From: Nitrospirota bacterium | GTDB taxonomy: Bacteria > Nitrospirota > UBA9217 | Direction: 5' to 3' | Length of the DNA: 64,000 bases | Assembly (NCBI GenBank): GCA_963818475.1 | Contig: CAWFSF010000005.1 | Span: 224,001-288,000, forward strand | Part shown: piece after piece, positions 30,870 through 41,438 of the stretch | How positions within the stretch are numbered: position 1 is the stretch's first letter | How the letters are laid out: each line of letters starts with the position of its first letter | Notes under the pieces: generated by a model | What the model saw: the letters and a program-made list of their open reading frames with translations, nothing else | The model's database searches: none | Told to the model about the DNA's origin: nothing | Translations under genes and position numbers: made by a program

Positions 30870-32451
30870 ATGCCTATCAACCTCAAGCATAAACCCCTCG
30901 ACATCAAACCTGTAAAACCGGGCGTTATCCCCCCATGCCCAGTGGCAACCGAAGCGCTCAAGGGCATCCCGCGCCAGCAGACCAATCCCTCCCCGTGGGA
31001 AGGCGACGGCTGGCATGCCTTTGTGGACGACCTTGCTGCCAAAGGAATAAACATTGACGAATTGAAGTCCGCGCGCACGCTCTACGTTACGGACGCAGGC
31101 GGCATGGCGTACGGACTTCCCCGCGGCGTGCTGATCGCGCGCACGACCGAGATGGTTTCTGAGGTCATGAAAGCGGCGCAGAAGCATTGCGTGCCGGTCA
31201 CGGTGCGCGGCGGCGGGCTCACGACCGAGGGCGAGACGGTTTCATTCGGCGGGCTGCAGCTGGACATGCGCGGCATGAGCCGCGTGCTTGCCATCGACAA
31301 GGATAACCTGACCGTGCGATGCGAGGCCGGCATCTACTGGCACTCCCTGGCGGAATCGCTCCGCAGGCATAAGCTCGACTACCTCTCGGCTCCACTGAAC
31401 ATGACCGCTTCTGTCGGCGGCACACTCGGCGTCGGCGGCATTGACATCAACTCCCCTCGCCTGGGCTGCAGCGCTGACCAGGCACTGTCGATAAGGATCG
31501 TGACGCCGAGCGGCGAGATACTGGAATGCTCAGAAATCGAGAACACCTGGTGGTTCAACCGCGTGCTGCTCGGATACGGCCAGTTCGGCATCATCACCGA
31601 AGCAACACTCCGCATCAGGCCTTTTACACCGCTCACCATGCATTACTTTTATTATGGCGATCTGCGCACGGCCATGGAAGACCTGGTCATGCTCTGCGAC
31701 GAGGACGCTGCGGACTATACCGGCATCCTGACCATGCTCGACCGGGCGGTGAACCTGCTCGTGGCATTCGATTCGGATGAGCGCGAGAAGGCGTTCTTTG
31801 CAAAATGGCGTTCGCGCCTCAGGGGCTTCGGCGAACTGGGCTTTGCGCTCCGCACAGGCGCGTACTATGCGCTTCGGCCCTGGAAATATAAGGAAGCGCT
31901 CTATCTGCTGGACCGGAAACGCACCCTGTTGCCCGAGCTCCAGCCGTCCCATCATATGCAAAGCGGCAAGATCGTGGACCGCACGGTCGTGTTCTCGCAG
32001 GCGGTCTGGAAGTTCTGGGGCGGCAGGCAGATGGTGATACCCGACCTTGCGACAAGCAGGGAGAAGTTCTTCGAGGCCATCCTGCGCGGCAACGAGGTCT
32101 GCAAAAAATACTTCCCCCACTACACCCTCTACTGCGTCGGCATCAAGCTCATCGGCCCGCGCTGAGCGCTACGAGCTGTCGTGCATCCCGCCCGATGCCG
32201 AAGGCATTGCCTATGGATGCGAGTTCGAGCCCATGCTGGAAGGCAAGACCTACAGCCGCGACCATCTGCAGGCGTTCAAGAACGAGATCTACGACATCGG
32301 CGTCGACATGGGCACGAGCTACTACCGCTTCGGCGGCATGATGAAAGGCTACATCAGGCGCGTGTTCGGCGATGAGCTCGTTGACAAGCACCTGGCAATG
32401 AAGCGGGAGGTCGACCCGGCCATGGTCCTGAACCGGGACGTGATCTTTTGA
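30870..32451 (+). CDS. FAD-linked oxidoreductase, VAO/PCMH family (frameshift near 32155)
   Basis: VTVRGGG, SVGGTLGVGG, VTPSGEI..CS, LLGYGQFGIIT, KREVDPAMVLN C-terminus in second frame. Confidence 0.88.
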
Positions 32452-32487
32452 TGAGACGCTGCCTTGGATCAACGAGCCTGCAAAGTT

Positions 32488-32602
32488 CCTCCTCACCCCA
32501 GACCTCTCCCCGAAGGGGCGAGGGTGTCTTTTAACTTCCTCTTTCGGGGCAAGGGATTGATTAAATTCCTCTCCCATCAGGGGAGAGGATCAAGGTGAGG
32601 GG
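32488..32602. repeat. REP doublet of the CCTCACCC...CCTCTCCC/GGGAGAGG type
   Basis: cctcaccccagacctctccccgaaggggcgaggg ... cctctcccatcaggggagaggatcaaggtgagg. Confidence 0.75.
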
Positions 32603-32649
32603 TGGTTGTAGTGACACAAACTGATAATGACGCACAATAACTTTAGCTC

Positions 32650-33631
32650 ATGAAAAAGAAGACTGCATACCATCAACCGCAGCCAGGCGCCACCGACCCT
32701 TCGCAGTGCAACGGCTGCGGCGTCTGCATGCTCTCCTGCCCGGTCTGGCATCAGCACCATACCAAGGCGCTCACCTATTGCGGCAGGAACCGGGCCTTGA
32801 TCGGCGGCGCTGACGAGGAGGACCTTGCTCCGGCGGCGCGCGGCTGCATCCTCTGCGGTTCCTGCGAGCCCCTCTGCCCCATGGGCATCCGCACGCAGCA
32901 GGCCACGATCAGGCTCCGCAAGAACCTCTCTGCACGCGGGTTCCTTCCAAAGCCGGCCATCCAGCCTCATACGCACGAGACCGGCAACGTCTCATCGCAC
33001 CTCGTGATCCCGGGAAGAGCGCTCAGGGCGAATACACCGCTTGCTGCGTCTGTCCTTGCCTTATTAGGACAGAATAGCCGGGCTCCATTCCGATGACGGA
33101 TATGATCTTCTGCTGACCCTTGAATCGGGACAGGAACTGAACGATGACCGCATACTGGGCTTTATTTCTCCGCTGACCCGGGCTGAGGAGGTCGTTGTTG
33201 CCGATGGGCTGCTGTTCAATGTGCTCCGCTCGCTGCTGCCGTCGTCGGTCAAGGTCCGCCCCCTGGGGCAGGCGTTGCTTTCGAACCGATCCGTGCGCGC
33301 AGGCATCAAGCCCACCGATTTTTACATGATAGAAACGCGGGCGTATAACGCGCATCGCCGCGAGTTCGTAACGATCTATGACGCGCTGCGCCAGGAGACC
33401 GGCTGCTTCATGAACCTGGACCTGCAGCGCGTGGCAACGCCGACCGGAGCGGCAAGCATGCAGCACCGCGAGGGCCTGGCCACGATCATCTCTATCGAGG
33501 AACAGGTGAAATGGCTGCTTGAGGGGCGAAAGGCAGAACGCATCGTGGTCGAGAGTCTTGACGACTATGAAGCATTTGGCGCTTATACGAAGCTGCCGGT
33601 CGTGCATCTTGCCGAGGTCGTGAAGATATGA
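32650..33631 (+). CDS. 2x[4Fe-4S] protein with degenerate CCG-like C-terminal region (frameshift near 33075)
   Basis: CNGCGVCMLSCP and CILCGSCEPLCP; frame continues LHSDDGYDLL... to LPVVHLAEVV. Confidence 0.78.
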
Positions 33632-34846
33632 CGAAACCGCGGACCGCAGACGTTATTATCGTGGGCGCAAGCCTTTCCGCAGCAGCCACGGCCAAGCGGC
33701 TTGTTGACGCGGGGTATGAGACGATTGCGCTCGAACGGTTCAGCCTGCCGAGAACGAAACCCTGCAGCGGCATCATCTCTCCCCGTGGCCACCGCTTCCT
33801 GATCGAGAACTTCGGGCCCCTGCCGAAAGAAGTGCTGCATGAACCGACATCCTGCAAAGGCGTGACCTTTTACTTTCCCGGCGGCGTCGAGCTTCCCATG
33901 GAGTTCGACCACGGTTCGACGCCGCATCTGGACCGCACCTATGCCGACCACTGGGCAATGCAGCGGAGCGGCGCGGAAATTCATGACAACATGCGTTTCC
34001 TGTCAGCAACGGACCAGGGCACCCATGTCGATATCGTAGCAGGCAACGGGCAGGAGGAACGGCTCTACCGCGCGCGCTATCTCATCGGCGCAGACGGCCC
34101 CAACTCCAAGGTGGTCAGAACGCTCTATCCGGAATATCGCGACGCCATCACCTGGTTCACGGTGAAGCAGCATCTGCACGAGATCATCGACTGCCCGCTC
34201 GACCCGGCGTATTTCCACTACTGGTTTCACCCCGAGCTGGGCTACTACACCTGGAGCCACCAGAGGAACGGCCGCCAGATCGTGGGCGTGGGGCATGAAG
34301 CGAACGATGACTTCGCAGCTACGCCACGCGAAGGCCCTGCGGTATCTGGAAGAACGTCACCACGTCAAGCTCGGCCCGTGCATCACGCGCGAAACGAGCG
34401 TGAACAACTTCGGGCTGTCACTCATCAACCGCTACGTCTTCGGCAAGGGAAACATCATCGTGACCGGCCAGGCAGCAGGGTTCTTGAATATGATCGCTGA
34501 GGGAATGTCTGCCGCGCTCCATTCGGGAGCGATCGCAGGCGAGGCGACCGTGGATGCCTTCCGGCTGAACAAGCCGATCCAGGACATCTACCGGACCATG
34601 ATCCAGAGCGAAGTTCGCCGCTGCTCTGACCAGTGGAACATTCTCAAGATCCTCTTTGGCAGGCCGCACGAGGCCGACTTCATGGGCACCCTTGCGAAGC
34701 GCAGCTCACGCGAGAAGCTTATCGTGCTGAAGGATGTGGCGAAGTTTCTTGCTCCCTGGGGAAAGTATAACTGGGGACGTCAGATGCTCTGGCAGGCGAT
34801 CACTCGGCAGATTACCGGCGGGTACAACCCCAAACGATGGCTGTAA
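33628..34846 (+). CDS. Geranylgeranyl reductase-like FAD-dependent oxidoreductase (frameshift near 34320)
   Basis: DVIIVGA, PRTKPCSG, LIGADGPNS.V, TGQAAGF...AEGMSAALHSG. Confidence 0.85.
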
Positions 34847-34863
34847 CAAAACTGTAAAAACAT

Positions 34864-34989
34864 TTGGACGCGGATAAAATCTGATGAACGCGGATTACGA
34901 CAGAGAGAAAACTCCCGCCTTCTCGTGGCGTTTCTTCCAGCTTAATACTTGGGTCATATCCGCGAAAATCCGCGTCAATCCGCGTCCAA
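34864..34989. repeat. REPIN-like inverted repeat element, family A (opposite orientation)
   Basis: ttggacgcggataaaatctgatgaacgcggat ... atccgcgaaaatccgcgtcaatccgcgtccaa. Confidence 0.85.
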
Positions 34990-35011
34990 AAAATCCGTCC
35001 CGTACTCCGAA

Positions 35012-35470
35012 CTAAATCCCCACCTTCACCACGATCTTCATCACCTTGGACGGGTTGCGAAGTGCCAGTTTTGGCGCATGGCCGTCCTCCGGGTAGAGCA
35101 CCGCCATCTGCCCTGCATGCAGATGAACCGGGGTCCACTGCCCTTTTGCCACGGTGCCGAAGCCGATGTCCTTGTCAGCATCGTAGGCAGCGGTGATCTC
35201 CATCCGCTCTGCTGGCGCCCAGCCGATGATCTCGTCGCCGGACACGATGAACTGGATGTCGAGGTATTTTTGATGGCATTCGAATTTCGGCGTGGCCGCC
35301 CACATCGTCTCGAACCGCTGGACCAGAGCGAATACCCGGTCGCCGTCTATCTCCACCCTGCCGTCTGGCAGCATCTGAATATCCGGAGACCGCAGAAAAT
35401 CAATCGCTTTTTGAAGGTTGGGTGACAGTGCCGCCTGGCGGCTGATATGGTTGAGATCTGAAACGATCAT
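35012..35470 (-). CDS. YhcH/YjgK/YiaL (DUF386) family protein
   Basis: ECHQKYLDIQ, YDADKDI, YPEDGHAP, KIVVKV. Confidence 0.92.
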   Translation of the reverse strand: MIVSDLNHISRQAALSPNLQKAIDFLRSPDIQMLPDGRVEIDGDRVFALVQRFETMWAATPKFECHQKYLDIQFIVSGDEIIGWAPAERMEITAAYDADKDIGFGTVAKGQWTPVHLHAGQMAVLYPEDGHAPKLALRNPSKVMKIVVKVGI

Positions 35471-35607
35471 AATGGGCTCCTCGGAATATATTGGTATATT
35501 GGAGTTTCATGCTGGGTATGGTTCTCAGGGTCTTTGACAGGATACAGCGTACGGACAGATACCGGTCCAAAGCTGATGCTCCGGTCTCGCATTTCAACAG
35601 CCGATCG

Positions 35608-36159
35608 TCATTTCTTCCCTGCTGTCTTGCTTGTCGTGTGCAGGATCATGCCGATGTATTTATTGATAGGGTTTGATCGGTCCAGGAACGGCACCGGTGC
35701 AGCCTTTCTCTTTCCAAGCGCCCGCACTTCCTTCTGAAGATCGCGGTTGGTGTTATCGAACTTCAGTCCCTTGTTAAAAGTCTCAAGCGCATCTTTCTTC
35801 TTCCCCGCTGCAACGTAGGCCCTCCCGAGGTTGAGATAGAACACGGGATAGAGCATTTCTTCTCCAAAGGACGAGCTCTTCCTGAGCAACGCAAGTGCCT
35901 TTTTACAGGTTTCTATGCCGGTCCGGTACCGTTTGTCCACCAGCGCCTGAAGACAGCCAAAATAAGAGAGGATGAAAGGATCGTCCGGAAAATTCACCTG
36001 AGCCCGCTGGAGCAGGCCGAAGGCTTCCTTCTGCCTGCCCTTCGAAAGATTGAGCTTCACCTGCCGGAGATAATCGCGGGGTGTCAATTCCTCGGCAGGC
36101 TCGTAAGGCACCAGTTCTTTGCCGGCGGTCTGCTTTTTTGAATCGCCATTTTTTCCCAT
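35608..36159 (-). CDS. TPR-repeat protein
   Basis: YLNLGRAY; R...VPFLDRSNPINKYIG C-terminal motif. Confidence 0.8.
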   Translation of the reverse strand: MGKNGDSKKQTAGKELVPYEPAEELTPRDYLRQVKLNLSKGRQKEAFGLLQRAQVNFPDDPFILSYFGCLQALVDKRYRTGIETCKKALALLRKSSSFGEEMLYPVFYLNLGRAYVAAGKKKDALETFNKGLKFDNTNRDLQKEVRALGKRKAAPVPFLDRSNPINKYIGMILHTTSKTAGKK

Positions 36160-36270
36160 GACTTTATTTTATCATAGTTCTCAACAGACACAATAAGAGA
36201 GAAACGCCCTGGAACAGCTAGCGGAAGACTGTGCTGAAAGGCCGTCCCGTTTGCGGAGGCCCGTGATGGA

Positions 36271-36729
36271 TCAATTGCTCGTGAAACCCATAAGGTTGTC
36301 GATCCAGGTGACCAAGTCGGTCTTGTCCTTGGGTGCGCCGTCCACGCGAATGACTTCCACGGCATTTTGATACACGATGAAGGTGGGCGTCTTCGTGACC
36401 GCAAAACGCTTGGCCAGGTATTCGTCTGTCTCGACATCGACCTTCATGACCTTGAGCCTGCCTGCCCGCTTCTGCGCAAGGTCCCTTACCAGGGGGTCGA
36501 TGATCTTGCAGTGGAGACACATAGAGGCGGTGAACACGATCAGGAGGGTTTCCGGCCAGTAGGCGATCTCTCGGTCGAAGCTATCGGCCTTTGCCCAGAC
36601 CGGCTCTTGCGGGATCTCAATGACGGTCTTGCAATTGCCGCAGACAGGTTTGCTCCTCAAACGGCTCTGCAACACGCGGTTCAACACCAGGCAGTTCTTG
36701 CACCGGACAATGACGGAGGTATCGGACAT
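36271..36729 (-). CDS. Thioredoxin with N-terminal zinc finger (TrxC-like), atypical active site
   Basis: CKNC...CGNC; MCLHC; KVDVE, TPTF. Confidence 0.85.
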   Translation of the reverse strand: MSDTSVIVRCKNCLVLNRVLQSRLRSKPVCGNCKTVIEIPQEPVWAKADSFDREIAYWPETLLIVFTASMCLHCKIIDPLVRDLAQKRAGRLKVMKVDVETDEYLAKRFAVTKTPTFIVYQNAVEVIRVDGAPKDKTDLVTWIDNLMGFTSN

Positions 36730-37019
36730 GTTTTTTATAGATAACCTTTGCGATGTTCTCTCTTCAGGAGTGATCGTGCGGAATATGTTTAGATTCTACC
36801 AAAAGAGAGCGGAAATAGTCAAGAGACCGGCGGCTCAGAGCGCGGTACAACGGACAGGGAAGGCTTCTTGCCTGATGCAAGCACAGTACCTTAAAACCTC
36901 CTGAAGAAGCAAGAAAATAAATGGGGTAATTTGAGGGTAACCGGTCTTGATGGCCTGCGAAGAGGTGGTACTGCGCGGCGACGGTCAGCAGCAACAACGC
37001 CTCATCATAAAAGCGGGAG

Positions 37020-37135
37020 TCGGACGCAGATGAACGCAGATTTTCGCAGATATTACTGGGCAATCAGCAGGGAGAAATCTTCGTCTCACAGGTGAGTTTT
37101 TTTAACAGCGTTCATCGGATTTTATCTGCATCCAA
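37020..37135. repeat. REPIN-like inverted repeat element, family A
   Basis: cggacgcagatgaacgcagattttcgcagata ... cagcgttcatcggattttatctgcatccaa. Confidence 0.8.
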
Positions 37136-37150
37136 ATGCTTTTCTTAGAT

Positions 37151-39680
37151 TCACTGACCCCGCGGTTTTGCGCGCCGCGTGGGCACGGCGTTCCAGGGAT
37201 CGTCGGGCCAGGGATGCTTCGGGTAGCGGCCTTTCAGGTCCTTTTTGACCAGCGGGTAGCCGGTGTTCCAGAACCCTTTCAGGTCCTGCGTGATCTGGAC
37301 CGGCCGGCGCGCCGGCGAAAGCAGGTGGAGCAGCACCCTGACCCTGCCGTCTGCAAGCAGCGGCGTATCAGCCAGCCCGAACATCTCCTGGAGCTTGACG
37401 GCAAGTACGGGCTGATCTCCTGAAGCATAATCAAGCATTACCTGAGATCCGCTCGGCACGGCAATGGACAGGGGTGCGCGCCTGTCCAGCAGCCGCCCCT
37501 GTTCCCAGGTCAGACGGGCCTTGAGCGCCGGCAGGAGTGAGAGCCCGCCGAGCCCCGCGGTCGTGCGGATATTCACCAGCCAGGGCAGCAGCCATTCCTC
37601 CGGCCTGGACAGGAGCGCGTGATCAGCAAGGTCCGGCCAGGCCTCTTCGGGAAAAGCTTTCTGTATCAGACCCACCCTGGCCTGGAACTGGCGCGCCTCC
37701 CTGGTGAACGTCAGCATACCGGGTGCCGCGCGGATCGCTTCGCACAGGATCGGGGCCGCCTCCTCGTCGGACGGCTTGAAGGGCCTGGAGGACAGCAGCA
37801 TGGTATCGAGACGCTCTTCGATCGCGGCAACGATCCGCCCCTGGCTCCGGTCCCATTCCACCCGCCGGATCGATCGAATGCGCGCAGCGCATTCGTCCCG
37901 AATCAGCTCTTCCGTCACCGGCGCAGCGAGGTGAACAACGCCTTCGGCCTTCATTCCGGCATCGACCTGCACAGCAATGATAAAGGGATCGTTGACCAGA
38001 TGGCTGTCCATGGACAGCCGTACACCCCTTCCCTGCGTCAGGATGTACACCCGGCCGCCGTCGTCGCGGCGCTTAGCGACACGGTCCGGATAGGCCGAGA
38101 GCAGCAGCCGGGACAGCGTGCCGGGATCCACACCTGTTTGCGCGGCTGTATTCCGTGTTTCCGGCAGCAGGCGCTGAAGCTGCTTTGCCGTCCTGTCCAC
38201 GGCGCGCAACGCAGAGGGGTCAGCGCCTGCGCCCGCTTCTTTTCCGTTCCGCCACTGCTGCAGCAGAACGACCCGCTCAGCGACATCAGGTTCTTTGCCG
38301 ATCCCTGCTCCAGCGTTTTTTCGCACCAGGTCCCGTTCAGAGAGAATGGCGGCGAGATCGACGCCAAGGTTTGTGCAACCCAGTTCCTTTGAGCGCAGCA
38401 GCAGGCGGCTTAAGCGCGGATGCAGCGGGAAACGGGCCATGGCACGGCCGACCGTGGTGACCGAACCGGTCCGATCCAGCGCGCCGAGGTCGATCAGCAG
38501 TTGCAGGCCCGAGCTTCCATGCCGCAGCAGGCGGCAGATCGAGCCAGGAAAGCTTCATTGGTTCCTTTACGCCCCAGACCGCGAGTTCAAGCACGAGCGG
38601 CGCAAGGTCGGACCCGAGGATCTCCGGCAGCGTAAAGGCCTGCATGCCCTTGAGCGCGAACTGATCGTAGAGGCGGTAGCATACGCCCGGCCCGAGCCTG
38701 CCCGCCCTGCCCTTGCGCTGCTCTGCCGAAGCCCGGGACAGCTCGATCGTCACGAGCCGGTTCATGCCGGTCGAGGGATCGTACTGCAGCCGCCGCGTCA
38801 GGCCGCTGTCGATGACCACCTGCACGCCCTCGATGGTCAGGCTCGTCTCGGCGATGTTCGTGGCGAGCACGATCTTGCGAAGGTCCCGCGACGGCAGGAT
38901 GGCGCGCTCCTGTTCTTCGAACGGCAGGTCGCCGTACAGCGGGTGGAGCGCAAGGCGGTCCTCGATCAGGTCCAGCGAAGCGCGCAGCTCACGCTCGCAG
39001 GCCCGGATCTCGCCGGCCCCGGGCAGGAACACCAGGATGTCGCCGTGGGTCTGGCGCAGGGCCGTCCTGACCGCGGCAGCGACGCGCATCGGGAGCGGGC
39101 CCGACCGGTCTTCGAGGTAGCGCTCTTCCACGGGAAAAGCCTTTCCCGTGGACGTGATGATTGGCGCTCCGCCCAGGAGCGCGGCAATGGGCCCGCAGTC
39201 GAGCGTGGCGGACATGACCAGCACCTTCAGGTCCTGCCGCAGACCGCTCTGGACATCGAGACAGAGCGCCAGCGCCAGATCGGCATGGATGCTCCGCTCG
39301 TGGAACTCGTCAAAGATGACCAGGGATACGCCCGTAAGTCCGGGATCGGACTGCATGCGGCGCGTCAGGATGCCTTCGGTAACGACCTCGATGCGTGTCC
39401 TGGCCGAGGTCTGCGTGTCAAAGCGGATGGAATAGCCGATCGTTGCGCCCACCGGTTCGCCCAGCGACTTCGCCATCCAGCGCGCTGCGGAGACGGCCGC
39501 GAGCCTTCGCGGCTCGAGCATGATGATGCGGCCCGCTTCAGGCCGCAGCACGTCAAGCAGCGCGATCGGCACGCGGGTGGTCTTGCCCGCCCCGGGCGGC
39601 GCGTGCAGTATGACGGCAGGATGGCGCGCCACCGCGTCCTTGAGCTTCGGCAGAATGGTGTCTATGGGATAGGAGGTCAC
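37151..39680 (-). CDS. hrpB: ATP-dependent RNA helicase HrpB (frameshift near 38510)
   Basis: APPGAGKTT, DEFHER, MSAT, TNIAETSLTI, QRKGRAGR, LLSPARRPVQIT, RYPKHPWP. Confidence 0.96.
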
Positions 39681-39708
39681 GGTATGGTATTGCTGCTCAA
39701 ATCGTCAC

Positions 39709-39855
39709 TGTTCAGGTTGACAGACTGAAGGCTGAAGACGGTTAAGAAAAGTTCCATGGGCATTATAAAAATCAGGGCGAATGGAATGGAGTGACCTTAA
39801 TATCGCAGTTGATTTTCTTGAGAAACCTTCAATCTTCGACCTCAACACGTGAACA
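39709..39855. repeat. Imperfect inverted-repeat (MITE-like) element
   Basis: tgttcaggttga..ctgaaggctgaag..aagaaaa ... ttttctt..cttcaatcttc..tcaacacgtgaaca. Confidence 0.5.
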
Positions 39856-40503
39856 TCAGCGCGCGTACTTCATAAACTTTTGATACACCTCGATATGCAG
39901 CAGCTCGGAGGGTATGATGCGCAGCTCGACCACGCCGCGCTCACCGCGCAGGATATGCTCCGGATGGACCGTTGCCGCAAAATAGGCTTTGAACTTCTGT
40001 TCCAGTTCAGGCTCCGCCTCGTACAGGGAATCCTCCAGGAGCGCGACCATCTGCTGCGCCTGCGTCCGCAAGGCGATGGTGGCATGCTTAGGACCGTCTG
40101 CGGGGTAGTGGATGCTGACCAGTACAATGCTGATGTTGCTTCTGGTGCGGGCGTCGGACAAGAGCGAAAGAAACAGGCTGGACAGTTTCCTGGTGATGTT
40201 CTGTGACGATGGTTTAAGAACGCCGTCCGCAGAGAACAGGACGGACCCATTGATGAGGATCGAGCTCGACCGGACCTGGAGGCCCTTGATCTGCAGCGCC
40301 CCGAACTCCTGCTGGAAGTTCTGACTGAGATTCCTGGCAAACTCGTTCCGCGGTTGGGAAAGGGCCAGGGCCGGTTCCAGGTACCGCTGGATCTTGACGG
40401 CGCGGTAATAGAGGAGCGCGCTCAGTACCACCAGCCCGATCAGCAGCAGGCTCAGGACCGGCCCGGCAGGCGGAACGTATTTCCACCAGGTCCGGCGGTT
40501 CAT
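39856..40503 (-). CDS. Single-pass membrane protein, degenerate MotB/OmpA-like C-terminal fold
   Basis: One TM; ILINGSVLF...LKP pattern; ends in VELRI; ATGA overlap with upstream gene. Confidence 0.65.
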   Translation of the reverse strand: MNRRTWWKYVPPAGPVLSLLLIGLVVLSALLYYRAVKIQRYLEPALALSQPRNEFARNLSQNFQQEFGALQIKGLQVRSSSILINGSVLFSADGVLKPSSQNITRKLSSLFLSLLSDARTRSNISIVLVSIHYPADGPKHATIALRTQAQQMVALLEDSLYEAEPELEQKFKAYFAATVHPEHILRGERGVVELRIIPSELLHIEVYQKFMKYAR

Positions 40504-41390
40504 GATGCCGTCTTCTCCAGGAGTGTCATTTTCTTCTCCAGCGTTTTGAAATCCTCTTCGGTAATGGTCGTCGGCTTGTGCACCGCCTTGTTCCGCAGAT
40601 ACATGAGGTCGTTGAACAATCCTGCCCGGTAGCGGCTGATCCGGCGGCTTTGCTCCATCTCTTTCAATCCTTCGGACAGCACCGCGAATACGCGGCCCGT
40701 CGCCGCAGTGGTGAGCGCCTTCAACCGGCTCTCGATATAGTGGCCCAGCAGCAGGGCAGCGACGACCTGTTCTCCTGCGCGGAAATATTCCAGGGCCTGG
40801 TCAACGGATCCGCCGCCTTTGACGATGTGGAGGTTCTCCCGTGACTCGGTCTCGCCGGGAGCCAGTCGCTGGATCTTCTGATAAACCTCCTCGCATTTGT
40901 CCAGCATGTTCTGGTCAAGATAGGATTCCGCAAGGAGGAAGAGTTCCCGGATGTTGTCGGCGCCTTCTCGTTGTTTGGCGGCGAAATCGTGGGCGCGCCG
41001 CAGGGCCTCGGTCTTGTCGTCCTTCTTGTCGAGCACGTCGAAATGCCGGGCCCAGCGCTTGCCCTTCAGCACGTTGTCCTTGGTGAAGCGGAACAGGCGC
41101 TCCGAGACCTCGCTTTTGTCCAGTTTGCCGCTGACGACAATGATGTTCAGGTTCGGATGGGTCTCGAAAAGCTGCGGCAGGGCGTCGACGCCTTCGTTCA
41201 TCTTGTCGAACTCGATATCGAGCGTCATGAGGTCGAAGACCTGCGCGGTCAGGACCTTCACGGCATCGCGGACGCTTGCCACCTCGTGGAAGCGCAGGTC
41301 CGGCTCGCGATCGCCGAGCGCCCGCTGGATCTCCAGCTTCAGAAGCTCGCGATCCTCGAAGTCGTCGTCGGCGATCAGCACCTTAAACAT
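40500..41390 (-). CDS. Response regulator with TPR and C-terminal HEPN (DUF4145-like) domain
   Basis: REC: IADDD, TLDIEF, VVSG, DKK; TPR helix pair; AALLLGHYIESRLK...LMYLRNKAVH. Confidence 0.85.
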   Translation of the reverse strand: MFKVLIADDDFEDRELLKLEIQRALGDREPDLRFHEVASVRDAVKVLTAQVFDLMTLDIEFDKMNEGVDALPQLFETHPNLNIIVVSGKLDKSEVSERLFRFTKDNVLKGKRWARHFDVLDKKDDKTEALRRAHDFAAKQREGADNIRELFLLAESYLDQNMLDKCEEVYQKIQRLAPGETESRENLHIVKGGGSVDQALEYFRAGEQVVAALLLGHYIESRLKALTTAATGRVFAVLSEGLKEMEQSRRISRYRAGLFNDLMYLRNKAVHKPTTITEEDFKTLEKKMTLLEKTAS

Positions 41391-41438
41391 GGTTCGTGTC
41401 CTCAAGAGCGGCCGGCACCCTCTGCGTTACATGCTTCC

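Noticed and set aside
36764-37063. ORFs containing ICENLRSSA or WPQMNADFRR peptides (also 19119..19412, 52859..53116, 53626..54084)
   Set aside because: Translations of the family A repeat, not genes
39856-40503. Zorya system call
   Set aside because: No ZorA/C/D/E genes, and the conserved ZorB motifs are absent
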